Assembly (NCBI GenBank): GCA_051294375.1
Contig: CM119265.1
Coordinates: 23,714,669 to 23,778,668, forward strand
Direction of reading: 5' to 3'
DNA from: Paraspadella gotoi
Lineage: Eukaryota > Animalia > Chaetognatha
DNA length: 64,000 nucleotides
Shown: piece after piece, positions 12,825 through 30,040 of the stretch
Layout: every line of letters begins with the position of its first letter
Numbering within the stretch: the stretch's first letter is position 1
Position numbers and translations under genes: made by a program
Notes under the pieces: generated by a model
The model's database searches: none
The model's input: only the letters and a program-made list of their open reading frames with translations
Told to the model about the DNA's origin: nothing

Positions 12825-14602
12825 NNNNNNNNNNNNNNNNNNNNNNNNNNNNNNNNNNNNNNNNNNNNNNNNNNNNNNNNNNNNNNNNNNNNNNNNNNNN
12901 NNNNNNNNNNNNNNNNNNNNNNNNNNNNNNNNNNNNNNNNNNNNNNNNNNNNNNNNNNNNNNNNNNNNNNNNNNNNNNNNNNNNNNNNNNNNNNNNNNNN
13001 NNNNNNNNNNNNNNNNNNNNNNNNNNNNNNNNNNNNNNNNNTTTTTTTTAAATTTCATTTTTCGTTCATTTTCGTTCTTTTCCCTCTTCCTCTTTTTTTC
13101 TTTCTTTTTCCTCCTCTTCTTTTCTTTCCCCTTTTTCTCTTTCTTTTTCCTCCTCTTCTCTTCTTTCCTATTTCTCTCTCTCTTTTTCCACCTCTTCTTT
13201 TCTCTCCTATTTTTTTCTCTCTTTTTTCTCCTCTTCTTTTCTTTTCTCTTTTTTTGTTGCTTTTTCCTCTTCTCTTCTTTCCTCTTTTTCTCTTTCTTTT
13301 TCCTCATATTCTTTTCTTTCCTCTCTCTCGTTTCTCCTCTTTTAAATCATTTTCACTTTGCCTCTTTTTTCTCCCTCGTTGCCATGACAACAAAAGAAAA
13401 GCGGCGTAAAATTTCTTTCCACCCGAAAAAAGATTGAATCACTTTTTCTCATTTTTTACGAGTTTTTCTCGCTGCTCAAAAAAAAATTTCCCTAAAACCG
13501 GTCGTTGTTATTGTAGTAATTGTTATCATCTTTAGTTTGATGTTTTCCTAACTCCTTATTGTTTGTTTGTGCCGAGCAAACAATTTTGGTCTTGCAAATC
13601 CATGTACTGGTCCAATTCCCGAGATGCTACTAAACATTAAACAATCACAAACAAATTATGGAATTAAAATTCAAATTTACGCGCGCAAATTTTCAATTTC
13701 GTTCCAATCGGAAAGATATTGAATTTTCTCCTCCGTTAGATCAGATAATTTCTTTAAATTCAAATTTCTAAGGTGACACATTATGTAAATTATTTTAAAA
13801 AACGTTGACAGTGATTTTAACCAAAAAAAACAAAAAACAAATTTTTTTTCGTCAAACTTTAAATTCCCTTTTTCAGTTTTTCACGTTTTGACTTTTTTAC
13901 TTTTTTTCAAATGTTTATTTTTTAAAACGATTTTTTTTTCGACGCTAATTTTTGTTCTCAAAGTCGAAAATGTGTCGCGACATTTCAGTTCCGCTTTTCC
14001 ATTTTTTCCCCGTTTGTCATTTTTTACTTAGTTTTTCTCATTTTTCATAATTTCTTTTTTAAAAATTCGATTAGAGTTTTTTCACGATTTTTCTTTGTAC
14101 GGTTTGTACACAATGTACAGAGCTACAATCTCAATTTATTTCTGTCTATATTTCTCTTTGATCGCTTCTTGCTTCAATTTCCTTTGTGTCCCATTTTTTG
14201 TGAGGAGATTGTTGAAAAGTTTTTCACCCAAAATCTCTTTCAGATTTTGACGCCAAAAAAAAAAAAAAAAGATAAAATTTTTTTCTTCCCCCAAAAAACT
14301 TTTCGTCCAATTTATTAAGACTCTGGTGAATGGTGAAAAAAAAAAATATTCCCCTGCAGCCATTTTTTCCCGTTTAAGGCGTCCGCTAAATATTCATCTC
14401 TTTCAGTGAGCAACCGATCACATTTTTCGTTTCTCACCTCGGAGAATTTTCGTGATCCTTAGTTACTGGAAAATTTAGAATCGATTCACACGCAAGATTA
14501 TCAGCGAATTCGGTAATTTTGGAGAATGAATCCGATAAACGATAACGGTGTATTTCCCTTTGATCACATGATATGACATGACATGACATGACATGACTAA
14601 AA

Positions 14603-14830
14603 AACTTTCTAAGCCCTTGTATTTATGACATGCACTGCATTGAAATTCTTCTTTTATTCCCTATAGAAGTCCCATAGATTTGAGGGTTTTTTTGTCTTAA
14701 CAAATGAGGAACCAACTCTAGGCGAATTATATGCATTTTTATCATAAGTGGGACAGACCGACGAACAGACATTCCGACCGAAAAGTGACTTATAGAGTTG
14801 CTCCGCGAGTACTCGCGGCGCAACTAAAAA
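14603..14830 (-). mobile_element. Small non-autonomous repeat with terminal palindrome and GTCY-like microsatellite (DINE-1/HINE-like)
   Basis: Hairpin agttgc-t-ccgcgagtactcgcgg-c-gcaact (14796-14825) abuts an A/T run, next to acagaccgacgaacagac. Homologous copies at 12497 and 17057. Confidence 0.6.
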
Positions 14831-15370
14831 CTATTCGCTGCTATGAACAATTTTGATACTTCTAATAGTCATTAAATATAGAGGGCGTACTATTATATAA
14901 CTCATGAAATACATTCGAAATTAAAACGAGATAAGGAAGAAAAAAATGATTTTTTTTTGGTAGACCCAGATATGGAAAATTGAATATGACTAACTGTCCG
15001 TATCTCCTTTCAATAAAAGAGCTGAACTAACCGCCTAAAAAAAAAGTAAGGAATATCATTGCACAAAATTCCATCACGTTTCACATTTCTTTTTGTGACC
15101 TCGAAATCAGTTCACGTCTTCGGGATAAAAACAAAAGACAATTCGCGATTCGAGTCCGTGAAACTAAAGCTTTTTCCTTATATACAGTAAAAATAAACTT
15201 TATAATCCTTATAAAACGGTTGAATACACAGTAGAATATTGACTATTGACTATTGACAATTGAATAATGAATATATATATATATTTGTTTAAATAATATA
15301 GATTAAATACTAAATCCTTCATAAAATATAAAAATAGAAAATAGCTAAACAAGTAATTTGCAAATTTTCA

Positions 15371-18482
<3,112 letters not shown>

Positions 18483-19864
18483 GGCTCACTCAATCTTATA
18501 AATCGTCTTTGTTTCCTCATTTCCATTTTGAGAGCTCTTTCTTCCCCGCAGAAACATTTCAATTTATTTCCCTTTTATTTCAATTTGAATCGTTTCATTT
18601 CTTTTCATTTCATTTCATTTCATTTTCTTTTAATTTAATTAGATTATTTTTTTTAAACCCGATTTATTGCAATTTTGACGGTTTTCATCAGTCTGCCCCT
18701 GAGCTCTTTTTAGTTATTTGAAATTCATTTCCTGAGCTGCCTTTTTAATCCCTTGTCTCAATGTTCGTTTTAGTTTTGTATTTACTTTAAAACGTTTATA
18801 TATCATTTATATTTTTATTAAGCGTTCATATTTCGCACTTGTTCATCTATTTTTAGTGCCGAGAAAAATGTCATCTCCGTATTATCTTTCTATTTAAAAT
18901 TTTTTTTTTATTTCTTTCTCGACTTTTTTCACAAAGTCATGTTTACTGTTTAGTTAACTGTTTAGTGTTTACTGTTCCGTTTCAAAAATTATCAGTTTAT
19001 ATATTTACTGTTAGGATAAGAAATGTTTAATTTTAAACCTTTGTTTTAACAAGCCTGAAATATTGATTTTTTTACAATACAAATAGTAGTAAATATGTAA
19101 AAATTGAATACCTAAATATTAAAAAAGATGCTGTCCATCCCTGACGACTTTAGCTTAGATTAATCCTAATCATTCTTTTCATTATAACATTTGCATATCT
19201 TTCTGGATGAATAAACTTTCATTTTTCCTATTGAAAAGTCAATAAACTCAATGACATCTTTTCTTATCGTAAAAAAGTCCCTTTTATTTTCTTCCATAAT
19301 TTTAATCTAAGTCATTCTTCACATTTTCTTCACTTTCTCCTTTTTACAATTTACTCTCACTCTCAGTCCGAGTTAATTGGAAATTTAACGAAGCCTCCAT
19401 AAAGCGCCACGAGACAGTTGAGACACCGCGGGTCTACTGGAAACTTCTTTTTGTTTTTCAAGACCAAATAATGGGCTCCATTTTGTTTTTTCTTCTTTGG
19501 CCAATGGGATGCAGTCGTCGTCGTCGGCTGCTTCGACAACGGTGGAGAGCAACGGCGGCTTCTGCTGCGGCGAAAGCGGCTGCGGCTGCGGCTGCGGCGA
19601 AAGCGGCTTCTCCTGCATAAAAACTAAATTGACCGCTAGGTCGATTGAAAATTCGGTTTTAGCGAAAAAATAATAAAAGGGAAACGAGTCGAGAAGTTAA
19701 ACCGGGAATTTTTCGATTCCGTTGTAACGAGAAGCATAAAAAAAAGAAATTTGGTTGAAGGTACGTAGAGTTTTAAGTTTTGAGAGAAGAAAAAACAAAG
19801 ATGGCGGCCAAAATGGTTGAGATTGATTTAATCTCGACTCATAAAAGTGAAAGAAAAGAATCCA

Positions 19865-19929
<65 letters not shown>

Positions 19930-19935
<6 letters not shown>

Positions 19936-20227
19936 GAAAATAGTTTCATTCCTAATTCCGTTTTCTTGATTTTTATCTCATTTTTTATTTATCCGCATCA
20001 AGAGTAATTTATTTTACTGTTTTTTTTAACAAAAAGAAATCAAGTTTTCCAGTTTTCGTATAAAATTTTAAAATTTACTTTCTCCCAAATTCTTTTTATT
20101 CATACAATAAGGTTTTTTTCTCTTTTATTCCAAATTTAGGATTATGACTTCAGAATTCGCTTATCCTTTTTCGTTTTGACTTTTACCCCCGGTCACTCAC
20201 TTCTCTCTCTCTCAGAGAGAGAAAGAC

Positions 20228-20259
<32 letters not shown>

Positions 20260-20546
20260 TAGAGAGAGAGAAGAGAGAGAGAAATGAAAATAGTTTCATT
20301 CCTAATTCCGTTTTCTTGATTTTATTCTCATTTTTTATTTATCCGCATCAAGAGTAATTTATTTTACTGTTTTTTTTTAACAAAAAGAAATCAAGTTTTC
20401 CGTTTCGTATAAAATTTTTAAAATTTACTTTCTCCCAAATTCTTTTTATTCATACAATAAGGTTTTTTTCTCTTTTATTCCAAATTTAGGATTATGACTT
20501 CAGAATTCGCTTATCCTTTTTCGTTTTGACTTTTACCCCCGGTCAC

Positions 20547-20550
<4 letters not shown>
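19930..20550. repeat. Near-identical tandem duplication of an about 270-bp unique block flanked by (GA)n/(CT)n
   Basis: aatgaaaatagtttcattcc...ggtcactca occurs at about 19933-20199 and 20283-20549, differing by a few 1-nt indels. Confidence 0.85.
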
Positions 20551-20629
<79 letters not shown>

Positions 20630-21959
20630 CCATGGCTAACTCAGAAGCCTCGTTCAGCGCAGCGTCCGGGGAGCAGCCGCGCCGGCGGCCGAGCGGCTGC
20701 GCCCTCCTTCGATTACTTCGCTCGGCTAATCTTACTCCTCCTTTGCTCTTCCTTCCCTGTATCTCCCGGATCGCGCGACTGCAAAGATCATCCGGTCTGA
20801 GCCGCAGCGGCTTGACTACTTTTCTCTCTGCTTACGCTCGGTCACCGCCAATTCTCTCTCTCTGCCTCCGAGCGGATCGATCATGGGTCATTGTGCGGAG
20901 TCTGGGAGTTCTTTTTGAAAATTAAGCCAAGAATTATGAAAGAAAGAAAGATATTCGGAAAGAAAGAAAGAAATAAGGGAAGAAAAGAAAGAAAGATGGA
21001 AATAAATTAATTAGATCCATTTTTTGTACTCTTACAAGAAGTCTAGAACCTTCTATGTTTATTTTTGCCTTAATAAATTTACTTTTTTGAAATACTTTAG
21101 CAACTGTTAATTTGGGATGAAAAAAATTATCTAATTACTGCATCCGAGATAAACTTTTACGTAAAATGTAATATAACTCATTCTTATACTAAAAATTAGA
21201 GAGATTTAATTTTTACAAAAACAACTATTATTGTAAATCCGTTTTGGAATATGAGGCTATCTAGGACGCCAAAAATATGTCTCAACTAAAATCTGGCCTC
21301 GGAAAAATTAACAGGGAGAGAGAAAGAGGCAAAGTCAAAAAATTATTCAATAATGATAATGAAAGAAAATGAAATGAAAGAAATGTAGTACTAGTTGTTG
21401 ACGCCTCTAAATAAAACCGAAAACGAAAACACAAACAAACATAAAATAAAACTTATCAAAGTTGAATTTTTTTTAAAGTTATGTTTATTTTAGTTGATTT
21501 GTAATAAATAGCCTAAGATGACAAAAGAGTGTAGGATGAAAAAATATATATTTAAAAAAAATAAAGAGAAATAAGAGAGCAAGAAGCAACGGAATAGAGG
21601 AAGAGCAAGAGAAAGAGCCGATAGAGAGAGAGAAGATCCGGCCCTACCGCTGGACACGACCGGGAAGAAGCCCGACTCACCATCTGCAGAGAGAGAAAAT
21701 CTCCCCGACCGATGCGGAAGGAAAGCCCGGAAGGAGAAGTGAGTCGGTCGGCCAGGCCGCGCGCCGCTGCTCCGAGTGACGGGCTGCTCCGGGAGAGCGA
21801 GATATATGACTCCTTTTTTTCTGAACCCACCCTCTTTTCTTTCTCTCCGATCTTCGCCCTCGTGTGTCCCTCACGCCCACCCTACATTCTTCCCACGCCC
21901 CCACACAGTNNNNNNNNNNNNNNNNNNNNNNNNNTTCTCTTCTCTCTCTCTCTCCTCTC

Positions 21960-22021
<62 letters not shown>

Positions 22022-22280
22022 TTTTTTTTCTGACCCCAACCCTCTTTCTTTCTCTCCATCTTCGCCCCCTCGTGTGTCCCTCCACCGCCACCCTACATTC
22101 TCCCACGCCCCCACACAGTCCTCAACCTCCACCACCATCTCGTCAACGCCCTCTTTCCTCTCCCGCCAGATTTGACCTCTGACCTCCGGTGACCTTCATA
22201 CTCCCCCATAAGAATTTACCTACCCGACCTCACACCCGGAGAATCGAGCATTTGGTTCGTCCCGGTGTCGGGCGTAAATC

Positions 22281-22315
<35 letters not shown>

Positions 22316-23418
22316 GAGAGAGGAGAGAGAGAGAGAGAGAGAAGAGAGGAGAGGAGAGAGATAGAGAGAGAGAGCATCTACACTCGACGCACACCTGCCA
22401 AAATATTAGTTGGCGAATTTTTCACCCTCCAGAGATCACCTCATTGGGTGACAGGCATCTGAGGGAGGAGGAAAATAAGAAAGAAGGAACGCCTAAATGC
22501 TTTTTACCGCCAGCTAAAATTATCCTCATGTATCTGCCTCATAGAGAAGGAAATCTTCTCGTCGTCTCCAATCCCGCCGTTTCTCTTACTTGTAATTTAC
22601 ATAAAGAGGGGAACCTACGGCAACTGATGAAATGTAAATTTTTTATTCCTGGGAAACCAATCGGTATGTATTTACTACCCTGACTTATATAGCACAAATC
22701 GAGCATTTCATTTAATTCCCGACGCCCCTCTTACCCACTTCAAATGTACACCTCCGAGCGATTTACTCTCGTGCCGTCCCACGTTTTACCGCCTGTATAT
22801 AACTCCTCCTGTATCCCCTGAGAAGCCCCAGTTGTCAGCAACTCCGCGCTTCGACCCCGATAAACTTCTCCCTTGCTGGCCAATTGTGAAGAAAACATCA
22901 ATCGTACAGCTTGGAAGCAGTCTTTATAGCCTTGGCTAATATGGCTGTTTTAGGAAAAAAGATTGGTCGAACCCGTGAAAAACTACTTTATGATAGTCTT
23001 GAGACGCGTATATTATTTTAGGAAATCTTCTTTTTCAAACAACGGCACAATCCGCCTGAGTGGACGTTCATCTCAGCGAAATCAGCCGAATGTTGACTGA
23101 AAGTAGTTCTCCTTGGTTGATGACTTGGCTCCTGCGCAGACAAAGATTGGTCCGCTCCGGTATATATTCACGCCCCGTTGCATTCCGAACGGAAACCCAT
23201 GCTTTTTTCGTCGCGTTAACAGTCCAGTACCTGGGCTAACGGGAAAGAGAAAATTGAGTCCTCAACCTCCACCACCATCTCGTCAACGCCCTCTTTCCTC
23301 CTCCGCCAGATTTGACCTCTGACCTCCGGTGACCTTCATACTCCCCCATAAGAATTGACCTACCCGACCTCACACCCGGAGAATCGAGCATTTGGTTTCG
23401 TCCCGTGTCGGGCGTTAA

Positions 23419-23536
<118 letters not shown>

Positions 23537-23895
23537 GAGAGAGCATCTACACTCGACGCTACACTGCAAATTGATTTATTCGAGAGAGAGAAAATAAAAG
23601 AGAAAATTGCTAGCATAAAATATCTCAGTTGCTGAGAATTTCGTCTCAACGCGTTTCTTCTTATTGCTCAAGGACTCGAATATGTATTTCTGCCGCATCG
23701 GTTTTACTGCAATGCAGCATTAAGTATGGCGCCAGTTTGCTCGATCCCGCACCCCCAGAACTCGACCTAAATGTCGTGTTTAAAATCTTAATAGATTTGA
23801 GTTATTATTAGAATTCTTTTCTTAATCAAAATAAGAGAACCGTACGCATTTCTACGCAGCAGATAACGCCTATCCATTCAAATTCCGAGTTTTGA

Positions 23896-23940
<45 letters not shown>

Positions 23941-24512
23941 CCCATTACCTAAACGACTTCACGAGAGATGAGGTTGGTTTAATACTTGAGAGCCTCTTTG
24001 TCGTCGTTGTAGTCGTTGTCCTAACTTTCTTTGTCTTTGTTGCCTTTTGTCTTTTTCATCTTCGTCGTCCCCGTCATCGTCACAGCTGATGCTGAATATT
24101 TGAAATATTTGCTCATGTACACAGTTGCTTTTACCCCAACAACATTTCTTGCTGTTTTTCTTTCCGTTAATTTCATTGCTTAGTTTCCTCAGTCCGTTGT
24201 AGAAAATATTAAACTTTTCCTAGTTGTTTAAAAATATGGCATAAAATCTCCAAAATATAAGCAATGAAGTCCAAAATTCTTTGCCTGGATCGAATTTTGC
24301 CATCAACTATTATAACTTTGTCCCCATACAAAGCTGCCTGGGCCTTCGTTGGAGGGAAGGATTGAATTTGAAAAGGGCTTTTTGATAATGCATGAAAATT
24401 GTGAAAGGCTGATACCATCTCTCGTTCTCTATCTTCCTCTCTCTCTATCTCCCTCTCTCTCTCTCTCTCTCTATCTCCTCTTTCTCCTCTCTCTCTACTC
24501 TCTCTTCTCTCT

Positions 24513-24583
<71 letters not shown>

Positions 24584-24709
24584 TTCTCTTCTTCTTTCTT
24601 TCTGCGGCTCTTTCTTTTTTAAAGTTTTTTCCTGTCCTTTCTCTGACCTTCTTCTTTCTCTGCCTCTCTATAATTTCTTCTCGCTTTTCGTCCCGCTCAG
24701 GGTTACTGG

Positions 24710-24839
<130 letters not shown>

Positions 24840-25000
24840 CACCAAAATCTTTCTCTCCCTTTGAGCGAAAATAATGAAATTGATAAGATTGTAACGAGGG
24901 AGAATGATTAGGGGAGTACGAGAATCGAAAGAAAAGAAAAAGATTTGGGGAGAGAAAAAGTAGTAATAAATGATGAAGATGATTGAACGATGAACTTGAG

Positions 25001-25125
25001 GAATGAATGAATGAATGAATGAATGAATGAATGAATGAATGAATGAATGAATGAATGAATGAATGAATGAATGAATGAATGAATGAATGAATAAATGAAG
25101 GAATGAATGAATGAATGAATGAACG
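25001..25125. repeat. (GAAT)n tetranucleotide microsatellite
   Basis: Seen directly. Confidence 0.95.
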
Positions 25126-25861
25126 AATGAACGTGATGAAAAGGTTGAAAAAGAAAAATGGGGGAGAAATTGATAGTAAAGCCAGGTACGTCGGAAGCGA
25201 ATAAACGAGACTGTGAGAGAGTCTTGATTGAAAGCTTGCAAGATAGCCTATTTATTAAATGAATGGATAATTAAATATTTTTGTACCAATCTTCATAAAG
25301 AAAGATAAAAAGGGAAAATTCTAAAGAAGGAAAGAGGAGAGAGGTAGGAAAAAAGAAATAAAGTAGGTGGAGGGATGAGAGAAATGGAAAAGAAAAGGGA
25401 GAGAAAGATGAAAGAGAGAAAGAGGAGAGAAAAGGGAGAATAAAATTTGGAGAGGAAAGAGGAAGTGAGGGAGGAAAAGAACGGAGGATGAGACCAAGAG
25501 GAAGAGCGAGAGGAAAAAGGGAGAAAAAAAAATCGGGCAAAGATAGAGGGAGATAGAGAGAAGACAGAGGGAGGGGGAGAAGGCAGAGGGAGAAGAAACC
25601 GGGCTAAAAAAGGGAGAGACGAAAGTAAGAGCGAAAAGCTAAAGGGAAAAAAATAAGGGCGTGCAATCGAGTCGCGCCGCTATTGAGTCCACATGCCATA
25701 AATATACAAATGACTTTTGGATAGACGCCGTCGAAAACGACGACGACGACGACGACGACAACTTGGGTAATGACGATGCAAGCCATCGACTTTGGCGTCA
25801 ATGAAATCTGGCGGTAACGATGACAACGATGACAACGACGACCGGGACGACACCGATTATG

Positions 25862-25896
<35 letters not shown>

Positions 25897-27168
25897 AAGA
25901 CGCTTTTCCTCCCCCACTTTGACTTTCTCACTATCTCGCTCTCAAACTCTCACGCCTTCGTCGACTTCCTACTACAAAAAATCTCTTTCTTTCTTTTTTC
26001 AATCATTTCCTATTGTTTTTTCCCCTTTTTGTTTCTGATAGGAAGTTAAGAAATGTTTCCTTTCATTACTATCTAAAAATTTACTAAGTGGGTCGATTCA
26101 GAAAGTATGAATCACTAACCTTTCCTCCTTTCTCTCCTTTTCTCCCTTTCCTCCCTCCTTTTTCCTTTCTATCCTCCCTCTTCCCAAACTTCCTCCTTCC
26201 CTTCGCCCCCCCCTCTCCTTTCTCCTCTCGTCTCTCTCATTCCCTCTTCGATAATTATGGTTGCCGACGGGTCTCCCCGCCTTCATCGTCTTCTTCTTCA
26301 CCTCCTCCTCCTCCTCCTTCTCCTCCTCCTCCTCCTCCTTCTCCTCCTCCCCATATTCTGGGTCAGAAGGAAGGAGAAGAGAAATATCGCGCGGAACAAG
26401 GAAGAAAAATGGAGAAAATGGAGGGAAAATGGCGAAAAAATGAAAGAAAAATGAAAAAATATGATGGAAAAAACTGTTGGGGGGGAAAAATGAATACATC
26501 GCGAATAATGAAACGAAAAATGAAAACAAAAAAAAGCAAAATCTAAAAAACAAAAGTAAAAAAAATAAATATTTTGAAAAATGATGTTTGTTTTTTTTGT
26601 TGTTGTTGTTGTTTCGTACCGTAAGAAAAGCTAATGACAAAGATTCACGACGAAGAGAATTCTTAGATACGTTTACTATAAATAAAAAAAACTGATAAAA
26701 TCAAAACAAAAACAATAACAAAAGAAAAAAACCAGAGGAAAAGAATTAAAACAGATAAATCAAATTTACTGCGCTGGCTTATTATTGGCCTTTTTTTTGA
26801 AAGGGACACATTAAATAGTAAAATCCTAAATGAATTCCATTTCCAAAAAAAAAAATCTCATCCGGCAAACGATATAATTTTCCCCGCGACGAACATCAAA
26901 ACAAAATAAAATTGAAATAAAAACCACAACTCATTCTGTCCACCCATGGATTTTTTTTCTCATCTCTCACTTCCATCCCACGCCCCCCCCAAAAAAAACA
27001 AACAAAACAAAACAAAACAAACAAACAAACTGAAAAATATAATGAGAAACCGAAAATAACGAAAGAAAAAAAAATGAACAGAGAAAAAAAAACTCTGGGA
27101 AAATAAAAACTGGGAAATATCATTGGGCTTCGAGTCTTTGGAAGAAACCTCATAAATAAGAGGATAAG

Positions 27169-27213
<45 letters not shown>

Positions 27214-27341
27214 AACGACAACGACGACGAAACCAACTTCTTTTTCTTATGTACAGAAGAGATAAAGGGAGGCGAAGAAGGCTGGAAGTTCTCAGCCGGT
27301 CGTTCGAGCCTCCGCCATCTTTCTGACCATTCCCCGTTTCT

Positions 27342-27402
<61 letters not shown>

Positions 27403-29957
27403 GGTCAAAAATCCACTCAATGTCGCGAACATTTATCTTCTCATTCGTTTTTTTACATTTTCAATGTTTTTTTCTTCTAAGATGGATTAATGCTATCCTC
27501 CTCTTCATTTTAAAATAAAAACCCAATTCGTTTTTTTATATTTTTTTTGACCAATCAGAAGCGTTCTGGTGATCTTCTTTGGTCAATCAGAGGAGAGAAA
27601 ACCGCCTTCTCTCAGAGGGCACGATTTGACGAAAAATGTTTTTTTATTTAATTTGTTTTGAAAGTTACCAACTGGATCTTAAACATCGTAAATATTATAT
27701 GTCTATACGGCGTTTAAAATAGTTGTATGAAGTTTAGATTTCACTGATTTTCTGTTCACCCTGCTTATCGTTACATAAAACAATTGTACCATTGAAAAAA
27801 AAATTAACCTCGAAAAAAGGTCAAAACCGAAAGTAATTGCCAAAGTTTACCGACCTCGTAACTCCGGATGTAACTGTCCCAAGCCTAGTGGCTTCCGTAT
27901 GTAATTGGCTTCAGGACTGTAATATAACCGGATGTAACTGGCCTCGCCTTTTCTCTTGGTCGGATGTAACTCACCGGTTTTTCTCGGAGAGGAAATGAGA
28001 TTTTTTGCGACATGTTTATGAGTGTTGCTGTAAAGACGCGGGATGGGAAGAGGAGGGAGGGGAGGGAGGGAGGAAAGGGAGGGAGAAAAGGGAGAGAGGG
28101 AGGAGGGTAGGAAGGTAGGAAAGGGAGTGAGGGAGGGAGAAAAAGAGAAAGAAAGAAGAAAGGATGACGGTTTTATTAACGCCCCTTCTCCCGCTCCCTT
28201 CACATTCCTTTAAGTGAAACCCTTGGATTCTCGTCTTCCATTCACGACTTTTCACGCTCCTCACCTCAACCTCACCTTTTCCTCACCAAACCGAATTTAT
28301 TCTTCTTCATTCACGCTTGGTCTAGATTTAAACTTTTTCTTCCTCCTGTTTGTTTCCTGGTTAAAAGGTTATATATGGTAACAAGCTGGTTTTTTATTTT
28401 ATTTTATCATGCCGCAGAGATTACCCAGAACCCTTTAGAGAAATCTAATGATTTGTTTCATAACTCAAACTCCCCATAGAAATTCGTTCCAGCCAGCTGC
28501 TATATTCTTAATATTCGAGTTTTAAACGATATATCCTTTTCCGTCAAATAGCTGATTCCTTTTTCAAATCTATTTAGTCTAGTCTTGTTCATTTGCTCAG
28601 TTTTAAATATTCCATTTTTTTCTTTTTATTCTTTGCCTTAATCCTGTCTTCCCTTTTTTTTCTTTTCCGCCCCCATAACTTTTTCCTCATATCTTTTCTC
28701 TGCACGAATTTTTCCGCGCGCTTCCTTTATTTTCCCTTATTTTCCCCTCGTTTGCACTTTGTACCCTTCTTTTTCTTAGGGCGTGCCAAGTTGTCAAAAT
28801 ATTTTTTTTCAATTTAATTTTAGTCGTTTCTTCTTTGGCCGTTTCTTGATATGATCTAATAAAAAATACTAATAAGAATATTTTTTTTATTCATCTTAAT
28901 ATTACTTATCTTAGTATTGAAGTATTAGTATTTAAAAATTAAGCTTCGCTCAAATCTTTCTGTATCTTTCTCACTCTACTCCACGTTTTCCCAGTGTTTA
29001 TCCTTCTCCGCCATAAACGGGCCCGAGAATGAAGGCGGAAACAAGTTAATATGAATATCACGACCCCTTACCCTAACCCAGCTAACCCTATCCTTACCAA
29101 ATCCTAACCCAATCCAAGCTCAACATTACGCAGCAAAGAGCGAACATATCATTTCGCGCCTAAAATGTCTTAACGTTAAGTTTTCAAGCGTACACATTTT
29201 AGTTATCAGTATTTATACATATCATAGGAGCAAATATTCAGCCGTCTATTGATCGTAAAAGTTACCCATAACATTCCCAGGCAGAACAGTCATTTTTCCA
29301 GAGTTGAAATACCCGAGAATCGTTGTCACACCCCGTCCGATATGTAAGTAGGACGTGCGAGTTTTGATCACGTCTATAATCGATATCTCCCGAGCAATGG
29401 AGATTGCCATCTTCGCTTCTGTTCCATGGGTGAGACCCTTCAACATCCCCGTCCACCCACTCGCATGCACACCTTCCACAACCCGGCTCCTTTACCCACC
29501 TTCCATCAACCCTTCTACAACCCGCGTCTCATTCCGTCAACACTCCTGCGAGCATCAGAATCACTCACATACACCCTTAACCCCCCCTCAACCTCCACAC
29601 CCCATCCATACCACAAAACCCAGACCCCTTCAACACCCCCACACTCATCACGCCGCCCATGACTTCCTCGTGGACTTTTATCGTCTTCTCGTTTCTTCGA
29701 TGATGAATCCTTCGCCGCCGCAGCCACAGCTGCAGCCGCTGCCGCAGCCGCCGCCCCCACCGACGCTTTTTCTCCTTCAACTCGTGAATCGTGATCCTGT
29801 TCTTTTGCTTCCACTCACACACAAAAAACTTTATTTTCTTTTTCCTTTCTTTTTTCCTTCTCTCTCTTTTCTCTCTGCTCCTCTCCTCTCTTTTTTTCCT
29901 CTCTCTTCTTTTTTATTCTTCTCTTTTTTCATGTTCCTCCCACAATAAACTCTCTCT

Positions 29958-30040
<83 letters not shown>

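Noticed and set aside
27864-27971. CRISPR array interpretation of the interspaced repeats
   Set aside because: The 12-bp repeat and about 20-nt spacers are too short, there are only four units, the context is eukaryotic, and no cas genes are present.
29246-29822. Minus-strand ORFs (MEGVHASG..., MEAKEQDH...poly-Ala)
   Set aside because: No recognisable family or consistent exon chain.
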